64,000 bases of DNA, from NCBI RefSeq assembly GCF_000009045.1, contig NC_000964.3:248001-312000 (forward strand). The letters run 5' to 3'. The stretch's first letter is position 1. Each line of letters opens with the position of its first letter. Origin of the DNA: Bacillus subtilis subsp. subtilis str. 168 (GTDB taxonomy: Bacteria > Bacillota > Bacilli > Bacillales > Bacillaceae). This document shows positions 1-9,790 of the stretch, piece by piece. A program made the translations under genes and the position numbers. Below the pieces are notes generated by a model that saw only the letters and a list, made by a program, of their open reading frames with translations, did not search any database and was not told the origin of the DNA.

Positions 1-1
1 C

Positions 2-277
2 CTGCCATTTATCGGGATCTTATGCGCATTGACGTACAGCATTTGCGGAATGCTTCGCCTCTCTAAATTTAACATTGAACAAAGCAAGCTCCCGACGTTT
101 ATCGGTATGCCGATTCCGTTTGCGGGCATGTGTCTCGTTATTCTAAGCTTCACCTATAACCCGATCCTTCTGGCAATCGGCACTTGCGGACTCTCATATT
201 TGATGGTGAGTAAAATAAAATTCCCTCATTTTAAAAAACATGCGGCAGAAAACCTGGAGTCTGGGAGATGGAATTAG
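2..277 (+). CDS. pssA: CDP-diacylglycerol--serine O-phosphatidyltransferase, 3' part (5'-truncated by window edge)
   Basis: Open frame from position 2; C-terminal half of PssA (CGMLRLSKFN...FIGMPIPFAG...LMVSKIKFP); lies directly upstream of dedA and psd. Confidence 0.9.
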   Translation: MPFIGILCALTYSICGMLRLSKFNIEQSKLPTFIGMPIPFAGMCLVILSFTYNPILLAIGTCGLSYLMVSKIKFPHFKKHAAENLESGRWN

Positions 278-756
278 TTCAGCAGCTCATAGCGGATTAC
301 GGTTATCTCGCTATTTTTTTGATGCTGGTATTAGGAATTGTAGGATTGCCGATTCCAGATGAAGTGATGATGACCGTTGTTGGCTATTTCACGCATACCG
401 ATGTATTGAATTATGAGCTTTCGATATTGATTAGTTTTGTCGGGGCTTTGTTAGGTATGCTGATCAGCTACATGATTGGCAGAAAAGCCGGACGCCCGTT
501 TATCGACAAGTACGGCAAGTGGGTCGGCTTAAAAGAAAAAAGAATGATGAAAGTGGAAAAATGGATGAAGAAATACGGTCCATATTCTCTTATTTTAGGT
601 TATTTTATTCCCGGCGTCAGACATGTGACGTGCTACTTTTCGGGGATCGGCAAAATGGATCTGAAAACGTATGTTGCGTTTGCTGCAATCGGCGCCTTTT
701 TATGGTGCTTTGTTTTTATTACAATCGGAAGGGTTATAGGGATTATTCATGTTTAA
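268..756 (+). CDS. petA: DedA-family membrane protein (phosphatidylethanolamine transporter PetA/YbfM)
   Basis: DedA motifs GLPIPDE and YFIPGVRH; overlaps both pssA and psd. Confidence 0.9.
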   Translation: MELVQQLIADYGYLAIFLMLVLGIVGLPIPDEVMMTVVGYFTHTDVLNYELSILISFVGALLGMLISYMIGRKAGRPFIDKYGKWVGLKEKRMMKVEKWMKKYGPYSLILGYFIPGVRHVTCYFSGIGKMDLKTYVAFAAIGAFLWCFVFITIGRVIGIIHV

Positions 757-1540
757 TACGGCTGTAAAGATTCTGTATCGATCATTGATAGAGCTGACGA
801 ATCATCGTCTGTCATCCTATCTGATTAAAGGATTTTGCGAGTCGAAAATCAGCAAACCGGTCATTCCGCTTTTCTCAAAACATTTTCGGCTGAATTGGGA
901 TGATGTGGACGGTACGGCTGCTGATTACGGATCGCTGTCCGAATTGTTCATTCGACAAATAAATCTGGAGCGGCGCCCTGTGTCAAAAGAGGCGCATGCG
1001 GTGGTCAGCCCTGTTGACGGTGTGGTTCAGACGGTAGGAATCATCAACCCGAATCAAACCTTTACGGTGAAGGGAAAAGATTACTCATTCGCTGAGCTGA
1101 CCGGCTGTAAAAGCGCAGACCATCAATACAACGGCGGATATTTCGTCGTGCTGTATTTAAGCCCGAGGCATTATCACCGTTTCCATTCTCCGATCAGCTG
1201 CAGGTATCAAAAGCTGGCCGAGCTCGGAAATCGCTCATACCCGGTAAATCAACTAGGCTTAAAATACGGGAAAGATGTGCTGTCGAAAAATTATCGGTTT
1301 GTGTACGAGCTGAATAGCGGCAGCCGAAATGTCCTGATGATTCCTGTCGGCGCGATGAATATTAATTCTATCGTGCAGACGAATACCCGTACTGAATTGG
1401 AGATCGGCGAGGAGCTGGGATACTTTTCATTTGGCTCAACCGTCATTTTGGTTTTTGAAAAAGACGCGTTCCAGCCGTCCGCCCATTTAGCAGAAGGCCA
1501 AGAAGTCCAAGTCGGAGAACTGATAGGTTACGAAGAATAA
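749..1540 (+). CDS. psd: Phosphatidylserine decarboxylase proenzyme
   Basis: VSPVDG, YLSPRHYHRFHSP and FGST autocleavage motif. Confidence 0.95.
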   Translation: MFNTAVKILYRSLIELTNHRLSSYLIKGFCESKISKPVIPLFSKHFRLNWDDVDGTAADYGSLSELFIRQINLERRPVSKEAHAVVSPVDGVVQTVGIINPNQTFTVKGKDYSFAELTGCKSADHQYNGGYFVVLYLSPRHYHRFHSPISCRYQKLAELGNRSYPVNQLGLKYGKDVLSKNYRFVYELNSGSRNVLMIPVGAMNINSIVQTNTRTELEIGEELGYFSFGSTVILVFEKDAFQPSAHLAEGQEVQVGELIGYEE

Positions 1541-1577
1541 AAAGAGGAGCTTGCATAAACGCAGCGCCTCTTTTTTT
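1540..1577 (+). terminator. Intrinsic terminator after psd
   Basis: AAAAGAGG...CCTCTTTT stem followed by T7. Confidence 0.7.
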
Positions 1578-1594
1578 GAAGAAAGGTGAGATTC

Positions 1595-1873
1595 ATGGAG
1601 AAACAAATCATCAGCTGGATTACAGATTATCAGAACACCGGAGATGAAGCCGTCCTGCGGCAAGTGCGAGAAGTGTGCTGGCCGATCGTTGAAGCGGTTT
1701 TGCAAGAGAAAGTAATGGATGATGAACAAGCGAACAATTTGCGCGAAAAAGGAATCGAGCGGTTTCCATTCATCATCAGCAAATACCAAGCGGATGTGCA
1801 GCTTCCGGTTGAGACATTTTTACAAAATACGTATCGGTTTTACTTTCATCAGGTGATGAGAGAATCCAGCTAA
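1595..1873 (+). CDS. ybfN: Small protein YbfN (92 aa), sigma-70 region-2-like pattern
   Basis: SD AAAGGTGA before ATG 1595; see findings. Confidence 0.8.
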
Positions 1874-1902
1874 AGCTTCTTTCAACAGAGAAGCTTTTTT
1901 TT
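1872..1902 (+). terminator. Intrinsic terminator after ybfN
   Basis: AAAGCTTCT/AGAAGCTTT stem plus T-tract. Confidence 0.75.
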
Positions 1903-1915
1903 GTTGGCAGGAAAA

Positions 1916-1942
1916 GGAAACTTTTTCTATATCTATCTCGTA
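1916..1942 (+). promoter_or_regulatory. ECF (SigW-type) promoter of ybfO
   Basis: GGAAAC-N17-CGTA resembles the SigW consensus TGAAAC-N16/17-CGTA. Confidence 0.65.
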
Positions 1943-1978
1943 ATGACTAGAGAACCTAGCAGAAAAGGAGAGATAGAA

Positions 1979-3319
1979 TTGAAACGAATGATAGTGAGAA
2001 TGACCCTGCCGCTGCTGATCGTTTGTCTGGCGTTTTCTTCTTTTTCAGCCTCAGCCCGTGCTGCTTCTGAAGAAAAATATTGGGATCACTGGATTGAACG
2101 ACATGCACAGCCTCTGGATGCTTCCAATGCTTCAAACAAAGACCTTCGATTTCTAAAAAAGGTGCTGAAGGGAAAACGAATCGTTCAGTTAGGAGAAACC
2201 ACACACGGTGCTGGCGAAATCAATGCCACAAAGGTCAGAATGATCAAATACCTCCACGAAGAGCTGGGATACGATGTATTGGCCTTTGAATCCGGCTTTC
2301 CTGATACAAATGCATCCTACCTTAATATGGACCAATTAACCCCTAAAAGCACGATGAAAAACTCCATTTACGCTGTATGGCACACAGAAGATGTCGTCGA
2401 ATTGTTTGATTACATGAAAGAGCAAAAAGAGAAAGGCGATCCGCTGATCCTTACCGGTTTTGATATTCAAAGCATGAAGAATTCATTCAATGTAGCTGCG
2501 ACTCAATGGGTAAAAGCGGTGGACCCTGAGAAAGCAGAGTTGCTCTCCCAATCAGAAAATGATTTTTCAACATTAGTGACAGACAGCAATACGTTTGATG
2601 AATTTTCGCAAAAGAAGGAAAAGCTTGTGAAAAACTATCAGAAGCTGATCAAGTTCACTAAAACACATGCTTCAGAGCTAAAAGAAAACCTTCCAAAAGA
2701 GCCGAAAGCTTATGAGATGTTTATGCATTCTCTTCAGCTGAGAATTGACGTAATGGAAACATATATGCTGGAAGAAATGAAAGAAAAACTAGAGGAGTAT
2801 CCGGAGAATATTGAGGATTTTTCATTCTTTATGAGAGACCGCATGATGGCTGAACAATTTCAGTGGGTAGCCGACACCCTTTATCCGAAAAAGAAAATCA
2901 TTGTCTGGGGCCACAATTACCATCTACGCAAACAGAATACGAAGATGATAAAGGACTGGGTACAGCTAAACGGCCCTAACATGGGTGATTATTTGCCGGA
3001 GCGGCTGAAAAAACAAACATATACGATTGGCATTTATGCTTACTCAGGTGCGAGTCTTGATAGCTCCGATAATAAGACTGTTAAGCCGGTTACAAGCCCG
3101 CCGCCGTCTGGGAGCCTTGAAGCTTTGCTGAAAGCGGCGGACCGACCGGCTGTTTTTGTTGATTTTCTCCATACAAAAAACAAGAAAGGCACTTCGTGGA
3201 TGTATACCCCGCGGACTGCGCTCTATTGGGGGTACATGGAAGAGCAGATGATCCTGAAGGAACAATATGACGGTGTCATTTGGCTGGAGCATATCACGCC
3301 CTCTGTCATTATCAAGTGA
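1979..3319 (+). CDS. ybfO: Exported erythromycin-esterase-family hydrolase
   Basis: TTG start after GGAG; Sec signal peptide ending ASARA; motifs LGETTHG, LAFESG, RDRMMAE, WGHNYH. Confidence 0.88.
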   Translation: MKRMIVRMTLPLLIVCLAFSSFSASARAASEEKYWDHWIERHAQPLDASNASNKDLRFLKKVLKGKRIVQLGETTHGAGEINATKVRMIKYLHEELGYDVLAFESGFPDTNASYLNMDQLTPKSTMKNSIYAVWHTEDVVELFDYMKEQKEKGDPLILTGFDIQSMKNSFNVAATQWVKAVDPEKAELLSQSENDFSTLVTDSNTFDEFSQKKEKLVKNYQKLIKFTKTHASELKENLPKEPKAYEMFMHSLQLRIDVMETYMLEEMKEKLEEYPENIEDFSFFMRDRMMAEQFQWVADTLYPKKKIIVWGHNYHLRKQNTKMIKDWVQLNGPNMGDYLPERLKKQTYTIGIYAYSGASLDSSDNKTVKPVTSPPPSGSLEALLKAADRPAVFVDFLHTKNKKGTSWMYTPRTALYWGYMEEQMILKEQYDGVIWLEHITPSVIIK

Positions 3320-3325
3320 GCGGTG

Positions 3326-3351
3326 TCCCCTGTGGTAAACAGGGGATTTTT
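3326..3351 (+). terminator. Intrinsic terminator after ybfO
   Basis: TCCCCTGT/ACAGGGGA stem plus T5. Confidence 0.75.
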
Positions 3352-3426
3352 ACATATCGCAAAAATAATCAAAACATATAATCCGTGATCCATTATTCTA
3401 AAACAGAAAGGAGATTGGAGCGTGCA

Positions 3427-4314
3427 ATGTATTATGAAAAAGCTGTCCAGAAAACAATCAATTGGATTGAATCACATTTACATGAGCAAATATCAAACGA
3501 GGATATTGTTAACGTTTCAAGCTTTTCAAAATTCCATTTTCATCGGATTTTTCAAAAAGAAGTCGGCATGTCGGTTGCTTCTTATATTCGGTTAAGACGT
3601 CTTGCGAATGCGGCGGCAGCTTTGCTTTATACAGATCATCGTATTATCGATATTGCTTTGTATTATCAGTTTGAATCTCAAGAAGCATTTACGAGGACGT
3701 TCAAAAAGATGTATCACATGCCGCCAGGAGCATACCGAACATTTATGAAACGCTTTACTTCAAAAAAGGAGGAATCTTACATGGAGAAAAAAATGAAAGG
3801 CTGGGTATTGAGCGGGAGCCATCCGTTCCAATTCGAAATGGGGATTGACCGGGAAAATGTACATCAGGGAAAAGCTTCAGGGTATTTAAAGTCAACGATG
3901 GTTCAGGATATCGGTGAATTTGCGACGATGATGCAGCAATTCAAAGCAGATCGCTATCTAGGAAAAAGGCTTCGTCTATCAAGTTTTATCAAAACAAAGG
4001 GGGTGCAGCATTTTGCCTCACTTTGGATGCGGGTTGACAGTGCTGCTGATGATGTTCTCCAATTTGATAATATGAGCAACAGACCTATTACCGGAACAAC
4101 CAATTGGAATCATTATGCTATCGTTTTAGATGTCCCAGAAAATAGCGCTGTGATATCTTTTGGCGTTCAATTATCTGGGCCGGGTCAGGTGTGGATGGAT
4201 CATGTTGTTTTTGAAGAGGTAGATGAGAGCGTTCCTTCAACAAACCTTGAAATGCCGGGAGAACTTTTAGATGAACCGGTAAATTTATCTTTTGAAGAGG
4301 AACTACAAAAATAG
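3427..4314 (+). CDS. ybfP: AraC-family regulator (N-terminal double HTH) fused to a C-terminal beta-sandwich-like domain
   Basis: FSKFHFHRIF...IALYYQFESQEAFTRTFKK...PPGAYR AraC signature; SD GGAG before ATG 3427. Confidence 0.9.
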   Translation: MYYEKAVQKTINWIESHLHEQISNEDIVNVSSFSKFHFHRIFQKEVGMSVASYIRLRRLANAAAALLYTDHRIIDIALYYQFESQEAFTRTFKKMYHMPPGAYRTFMKRFTSKKEESYMEKKMKGWVLSGSHPFQFEMGIDRENVHQGKASGYLKSTMVQDIGEFATMMQQFKADRYLGKRLRLSSFIKTKGVQHFASLWMRVDSAADDVLQFDNMSNRPITGTTNWNHYAIVLDVPENSAVISFGVQLSGPGQVWMDHVVFEEVDESVPSTNLEMPGELLDEPVNLSFEEELQK

Positions 4315-4510
4315 TTTTCAGACAACTACTTTTATTAGTGAGTTAATGGAAAATACTATTTGTTATTAATAAACCCTTGTGCTGCTTAGGTTTGTAAGAG
4401 CTTGGATATTTTTATCAGTCTGGGCGGATCTGTTCATCTTTGCGGCATTTTCCTGTATGATATAGTAAGAGTGTGCATAGCAACTAACTATAATTGAACA
4501 GGGTGTTTAA

Positions 4511-5480
<970 letters not shown>

Positions 5481-5482
<2 letters not shown>

Positions 5483-5517
5483 AAAAAGAACACCTCGTAT
5501 TGAGGTGTTCTTTTTTT
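5481..5517. terminator. Bidirectional terminator between ybfQ and gltP
   Basis: Perfect 16-bp stem AAAAAAAGAACACCTC/GAGGTGTTCTTTTTTT. Confidence 0.9.
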
Positions 5518-6762
5518 CTATATGCTTTCAGTTTGGCTGTTTGCGGAAACCCATTCTTTTTGGCGGAAGGCCTTTTCCCATTTTGATACCACGATACAGG
5601 CGATCGCATGTCCCGGTACGTTCACGCCTGTTCTCGCCATGTCCATGACGCGGTCAACACCCGCGATAATGGCAACGCCTTCAGCCGGCAGTCCTACAGC
5701 ATTGGCAGTCGCCAGAAGAACTACAAGCGATCCTGAGGGTACAGCTGCAATGCCTTTACTGGTCATCACAAGCACAAGCATCATGAGCAGCTGCTGGGAC
5801 AATGTCATGTCTACTTGAAAGGCCTGTGCGAGAAAGATACAAGAAACCGATAAATATAAGCTGGAGCCGTCACAGTTCAATGACAAGCCGGAGGGAACGA
5901 CAAATGATACCACTCGTTTGGGACAGCCGTATTTCTCCATTCTATCCATCAGCTGAGGGAGAATGGTTTCAGTGCTTGTGGTGGAAAATGCAATTAAAAA
6001 CAGATCCCATATCATTTTCAATACTTCGAAATACTTAATCTGAAAGATGAGACCGACAAGCGGAAAGAGGACAAAGAGGATCAGGAACAGGCCAAGGAAT
6101 ACGGTGCCAACCAGCTTAAACATAGGGAGGAGGAGTTCAATGCCATATTGGCCTACAGAAGCAGCCATCAGGGCTAACACGCCGATAGGAGCAGTGACCA
6201 TGACGATTTGCGTGAGCTTGAACATAATCTGAGCTGTAGATTCAAAAAACTTCATTACTGGTTCAGAAGCTTTGCCGATACCAGCTGCGGCGACACCAAA
6301 TAAAATGGCGAAGAAAATAACGGCAAGCAAATCATTTCTGGCCATGACATCAATAATGTTTGTAGGGATAATATCCAGGATCATTTGCTTGAAATCAACA
6401 ACTTTGTCTGTGTAGCCGGAAAGTTCATGAATATCTTTTTTTGCCAAATGGGAGAGGTCAAGCCCGACACCTGGTTTTAAGACATTCGCTAATAAAAGTC
6501 CAAGCCCTAATACCAACGTTGTAATCACTTCGAACCAAATGATCGTCTTGATGCCGAGACTGCCCATTTTTTTCATGCTTCCGCTTCCTGCGGCTCCAAT
6601 GACAATGGTAGAAAATACAATCGGCACAACAATCATTTTAATCAGGCGGATAAATCCATCTCCGACAGGCCTCAGTGCCATCCCGAAATCAGGAAAAAAG
6701 TGGCCGATCACCGCGCCGACAGCCAAAGCGATTAAAATTTGAAACGCGATTAATTTTTTCAA
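5518..6762 (-). CDS. gltP: Proton/glutamate-aspartate symporter (DAACS family)
   Basis: FIRLIKMIVVP, AFSTTSTE, GLSLNCDG, RVMDMARTGVNV; TTG start. Confidence 0.92.
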   Translation of the reverse strand: MKKLIAFQILIALAVGAVIGHFFPDFGMALRPVGDGFIRLIKMIVVPIVFSTIVIGAAGSGSMKKMGSLGIKTIIWFEVITTLVLGLGLLLANVLKPGVGLDLSHLAKKDIHELSGYTDKVVDFKQMILDIIPTNIIDVMARNDLLAVIFFAILFGVAAAGIGKASEPVMKFFESTAQIMFKLTQIVMVTAPIGVLALMAASVGQYGIELLLPMFKLVGTVFLGLFLILFVLFPLVGLIFQIKYFEVLKMIWDLFLIAFSTTSTETILPQLMDRMEKYGCPKRVVSFVVPSGLSLNCDGSSLYLSVSCIFLAQAFQVDMTLSQQLLMMLVLVMTSKGIAAVPSGSLVVLLATANAVGLPAEGVAIIAGVDRVMDMARTGVNVPGHAIACIVVSKWEKAFRQKEWVSANSQTESI

Positions 6763-6851
6763 ATGAATCCCCCTTTAGAACGATAGAATGTAGGCATATT
6801 CATATCATTCGTGATTCAAATGCAAACACCTTTTTTCAAGTTATTTTATTT

Positions 6852-6865
6852 TGACAGCGCTTTCA
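6852..6865 (-). promoter_or_regulatory. Catabolite responsive element (cre) upstream of gltP
   Basis: TGAAAGCGCTGTCA on the minus strand fits TGWNANCGNTNWCA. Confidence 0.6.
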
Positions 6866-6876
6866 TTATGTTGGCG

Positions 6877-6906
6877 AAAAAGTCCCCCGCAGCAGGGGGG
6901 ACTTTT
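6877..6906 (-). terminator. Terminator after gamP
   Basis: AAAAAGTCCCCC...GGGGGACTTTTT stem. Confidence 0.8.
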
Positions 6907-8802
6907 TTACTTCATTTGAATGTGCTTTAGATCTTCTTCAGAGGTATTTGTGAAAATAACCGGTGTTATGGCTGAAGCGGCATGCTGCTTGATGTAATTG
7001 AGATCAAAGGTGAGAAGCAGTTCGCCTTGTTTGACGGCTTGTCCGCTTGTGACATGTGCTTCAAAGCCTTCCCCATTCAGTTTGACGGTATCGATGCCGA
7101 CATGAATCAGGATTTCAGTGCCGCCGGCGCTCATAAAGCCGATGGCGTGTTTTGTCGGAAAAATCGAGACGATCTCGCCGTCCGCAGGTGCAACGACTTT
7201 TCCTTCTGATGGTATAATCGCAAATCCCTCGCCCATCATTTTTTCTGAAAAGACCTGATCAGGCACATCCCCTAAAGAGACTGTTTCTCCTTTAATCGGA
7301 TAAATAAAGGTCTCATCGGAATCGGGCTTCAGCGGTTTGTCAGTTACCGTGTCCAGCGCGGCGGCGGTGGCAGGGACGCCTCCGGCCATGATTGTTTTGA
7401 TGTCGTCTTTTAAGGCATCGGACTTGGTTCCGAATATTGCCTGGAAGTTGTTGTTGACCTCCAGCACACCTACTGCACCAAGCCGTTTTAATTCATCCTT
7501 GCAGACTTGGCTTGGCTGATGAACGGTCACACGAAGCCTTGTGATACATGCATCCAGGTTAGCGATATTTTGCTGTCCGCCCAAGGCCTGCAGCACGTGA
7601 AAGGCAAGCTGGTCTTTTGCAACTGGAGCTTTCTCCTCATTCTGACCGTCTTCATCTGTCTCACGGCCGGGCGTTTTCAAATTCCATTTCAGAATCGCAA
7701 ATCGGAACAAATAATAATAAATGAAAGCAAACACGATCCCGACAGGAATGACAACCCAGCCGTTTGTAGACAGTCCGTAGTTCAAGACGTAGTCAATTCC
7801 TCCGCCTGAGAACGTATAGCCGTGGCGGACATGGAATAAATCACAAACGACAAAGATGACGCCGGCAAGAATAGAGTTAATCAAATAGAGCACGGGCGCA
7901 ACGAACAAGAAAGAAAACTCAACCGGTTCTGTAATTCCGGTCAGCATAGATGTGAGCGCCGCAGAAATCATCACGCCGGAGATCATTTTTTTCTTTTCCG
8001 GACGCGCGGTATGGATAATGGCAAGAGCAACGGCCGGCAGACAGAAAATCATGTAAGGGAAATCCCCCATCATAAAGCGCCCGGCTGTCGGGTCTCCCGC
8101 GAAAAACCTTGTCAGGTCGCCGGTTACGGTGTTGCCTGTTGATGGGTCTGTGTATTCTCCCATCATAAAATAGAAAGGCGTATAAAAAATATGATGCAGG
8201 CCAAAAGGAATCAGCAAACGATAGATCGTTGCATAAAAGAACAGGCCGACTGTTGAATCGGCAATTAAACTGCTGGCTGCGTTAATTCCGTTTTGGATCA
8301 GCGGCCAAACGAATGAGAAAATGACGCCGATCACCAATGAACTGACGGAAGTAATGATCGGGACAAAGCGTTTTCCAGAGAAAAATCCAAGGACCGGATG
8401 CAGCTCGATTGATGAAAATCGCTTATATAAATAGGCGGCGAGAAGCCCGATAATGATTCCTCCGAAAACCCCCATATCAATCAGGTGCTCGGCTCCTTCA
8501 TACGGAGGCTGAAGGCCGAGTAATTTTCCCATATTGTCGAGGGTGACGGTTAAAATTAAGTATCCGATGACAGCGGCAAGTCCGGCTACACCTTCTCCGC
8601 CGGCTAATCCGATCGCGACCCCCACGGCGAAAATCAGCGGAAGGTTATCGAATACAACGCCGCCCGCATCCTTTATAATAGGGATGTTCAGTAAATCCTT
8701 GTCTCCGAAACGGAGCAAAAGACCTGCTGCCGGCAGGACGGCAACCGGAGTCATCAACGCGCGGCCAAGCTGCTGCAGAATTTGAAATGCCTTTTTAAAC
8801 AT
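6907..8802 (-). CDS. gamP: PTS glucosamine-specific EIICBA
   Basis: EIIC (GITEPVEFSF), EIIB (LDACITRLRV) and EIIA (ILIHVGIDTV) domains in order. Confidence 0.95.
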   Translation of the reverse strand: MFKKAFQILQQLGRALMTPVAVLPAAGLLLRFGDKDLLNIPIIKDAGGVVFDNLPLIFAVGVAIGLAGGEGVAGLAAVIGYLILTVTLDNMGKLLGLQPPYEGAEHLIDMGVFGGIIIGLLAAYLYKRFSSIELHPVLGFFSGKRFVPIITSVSSLVIGVIFSFVWPLIQNGINAASSLIADSTVGLFFYATIYRLLIPFGLHHIFYTPFYFMMGEYTDPSTGNTVTGDLTRFFAGDPTAGRFMMGDFPYMIFCLPAVALAIIHTARPEKKKMISGVMISAALTSMLTGITEPVEFSFLFVAPVLYLINSILAGVIFVVCDLFHVRHGYTFSGGGIDYVLNYGLSTNGWVVIPVGIVFAFIYYYLFRFAILKWNLKTPGRETDEDGQNEEKAPVAKDQLAFHVLQALGGQQNIANLDACITRLRVTVHQPSQVCKDELKRLGAVGVLEVNNNFQAIFGTKSDALKDDIKTIMAGGVPATAAALDTVTDKPLKPDSDETFIYPIKGETVSLGDVPDQVFSEKMMGEGFAIIPSEGKVVAPADGEIVSIFPTKHAIGFMSAGGTEILIHVGIDTVKLNGEGFEAHVTSGQAVKQGELLLTFDLNYIKQHAASAITPVIFTNTSEEDLKHIQMK

Positions 8803-8822
8803 GACAGTCTCCTTTTATTGTG

Positions 8823-9572
8823 TTATGAGAATGATGCACTCTTTAATTTTTGAGCTGCTTTATAATCGGCGATAACGGTTACATGATTGTGTTTTTGAAG
8901 AATGGAGGCTGGTACATCTGTCGTGACAGGACCTTCAGCCATCTTTTGAATGGCGTCTGCTTTTTCCTCGCCGCTTGCTAAAAGCACAATATGTTTGCTG
9001 AATTCCATGATGGTTTTAATGCCCATTGAAATCGCGAGTCTCGGAACCAGCACCGGATCGCCGCCGAAGAATCTGGCATTTGCCTGTATCGTGCTTTCCG
9101 AGAGCTTCACAACACGTGTCCGGTCTTCAAAATCAGATCCCGGTTCATTAAAACCGATATGGCCATTGGCGCCGATGCCGAGAATTTGGACATCAATGCC
9201 TCCCGCCTGGCGGATGAGATCCTCGTATACTTTGCATGCCGCCTCAAGCTGCGGATTGTCTCCTTGCGGGATATGAATATGATCAGGCTGCATATTGATA
9301 TGCTGAAAAAGATGCTCATGCATAAAATGGTTATAACTTTGCGGATGAGATGGAGAGAGACCAGCATATTCATCCAAATTAAATGTAGTAACCTTTGAAA
9401 AATCAATTTCGCCTGCCTGATAGTCTGAAATCAACTGCTTATACAAGCCGACCGGTGTGCTTCCTGTTGCCAGGCCGAGAACGGCATCTTTCTTAGCTTG
9501 TATTTGTTCTTTAATAATGGCAGCGCTTAACTTACAGAGTTCTTCGTAGTGCTCGGCGATCAGAATCTTCAT
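8823..9572 (-). CDS. gamA: Glucosamine-6-phosphate deaminase
   Basis: GLATGSTP, FNLDEY, GIGANGHIGFNEPG; SD GAGGGGG before ATG 9572. Confidence 0.95.
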   Translation of the reverse strand: MKILIAEHYEELCKLSAAIIKEQIQAKKDAVLGLATGSTPVGLYKQLISDYQAGEIDFSKVTTFNLDEYAGLSPSHPQSYNHFMHEHLFQHINMQPDHIHIPQGDNPQLEAACKVYEDLIRQAGGIDVQILGIGANGHIGFNEPGSDFEDRTRVVKLSESTIQANARFFGGDPVLVPRLAISMGIKTIMEFSKHIVLLASGEEKADAIQKMAEGPVTTDVPASILQKHNHVTVIADYKAAQKLKSASFS

Positions 9573-9606
9573 GTGACACCCCCTCAAAGAGATAGACAAG
9601 CACCAT

Positions 9607-9645
9607 ATTTGTTATGACCAATTTATGATACTTGTCATTACGAAT
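9607..9645 (-). promoter_or_regulatory. Two tandem dre-like (NagR/GamR-type) operator sites
   Basis: ATTGGTCATAACAAAT (9607-9622) and ATTCGTAATGACAAGT (9630-9645) on the minus strand, in the gamA-gamR divergent region. Confidence 0.55.
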
Positions 9646-9790
9646 TTAGCACCGCCCTTATCAAACTGTCAATATTAATTTCTGAAAATTTGTTATAAAA
9701 GAAGGATACAAATCTTTCATATTGGGAGGGCAAATGGTATTATGGTCTCAATGAAAAAGAACGGATTGCATACAGAATGGGGAGAATGAA

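Noticed and set aside
9724-9754. GGAGG-preceded mini-ORF MVLWSQ upstream of gamR
   Set aside because: It overlaps the likely gamR promoter (TTTCAT-N17-TATTAT), so it would not be on the transcript
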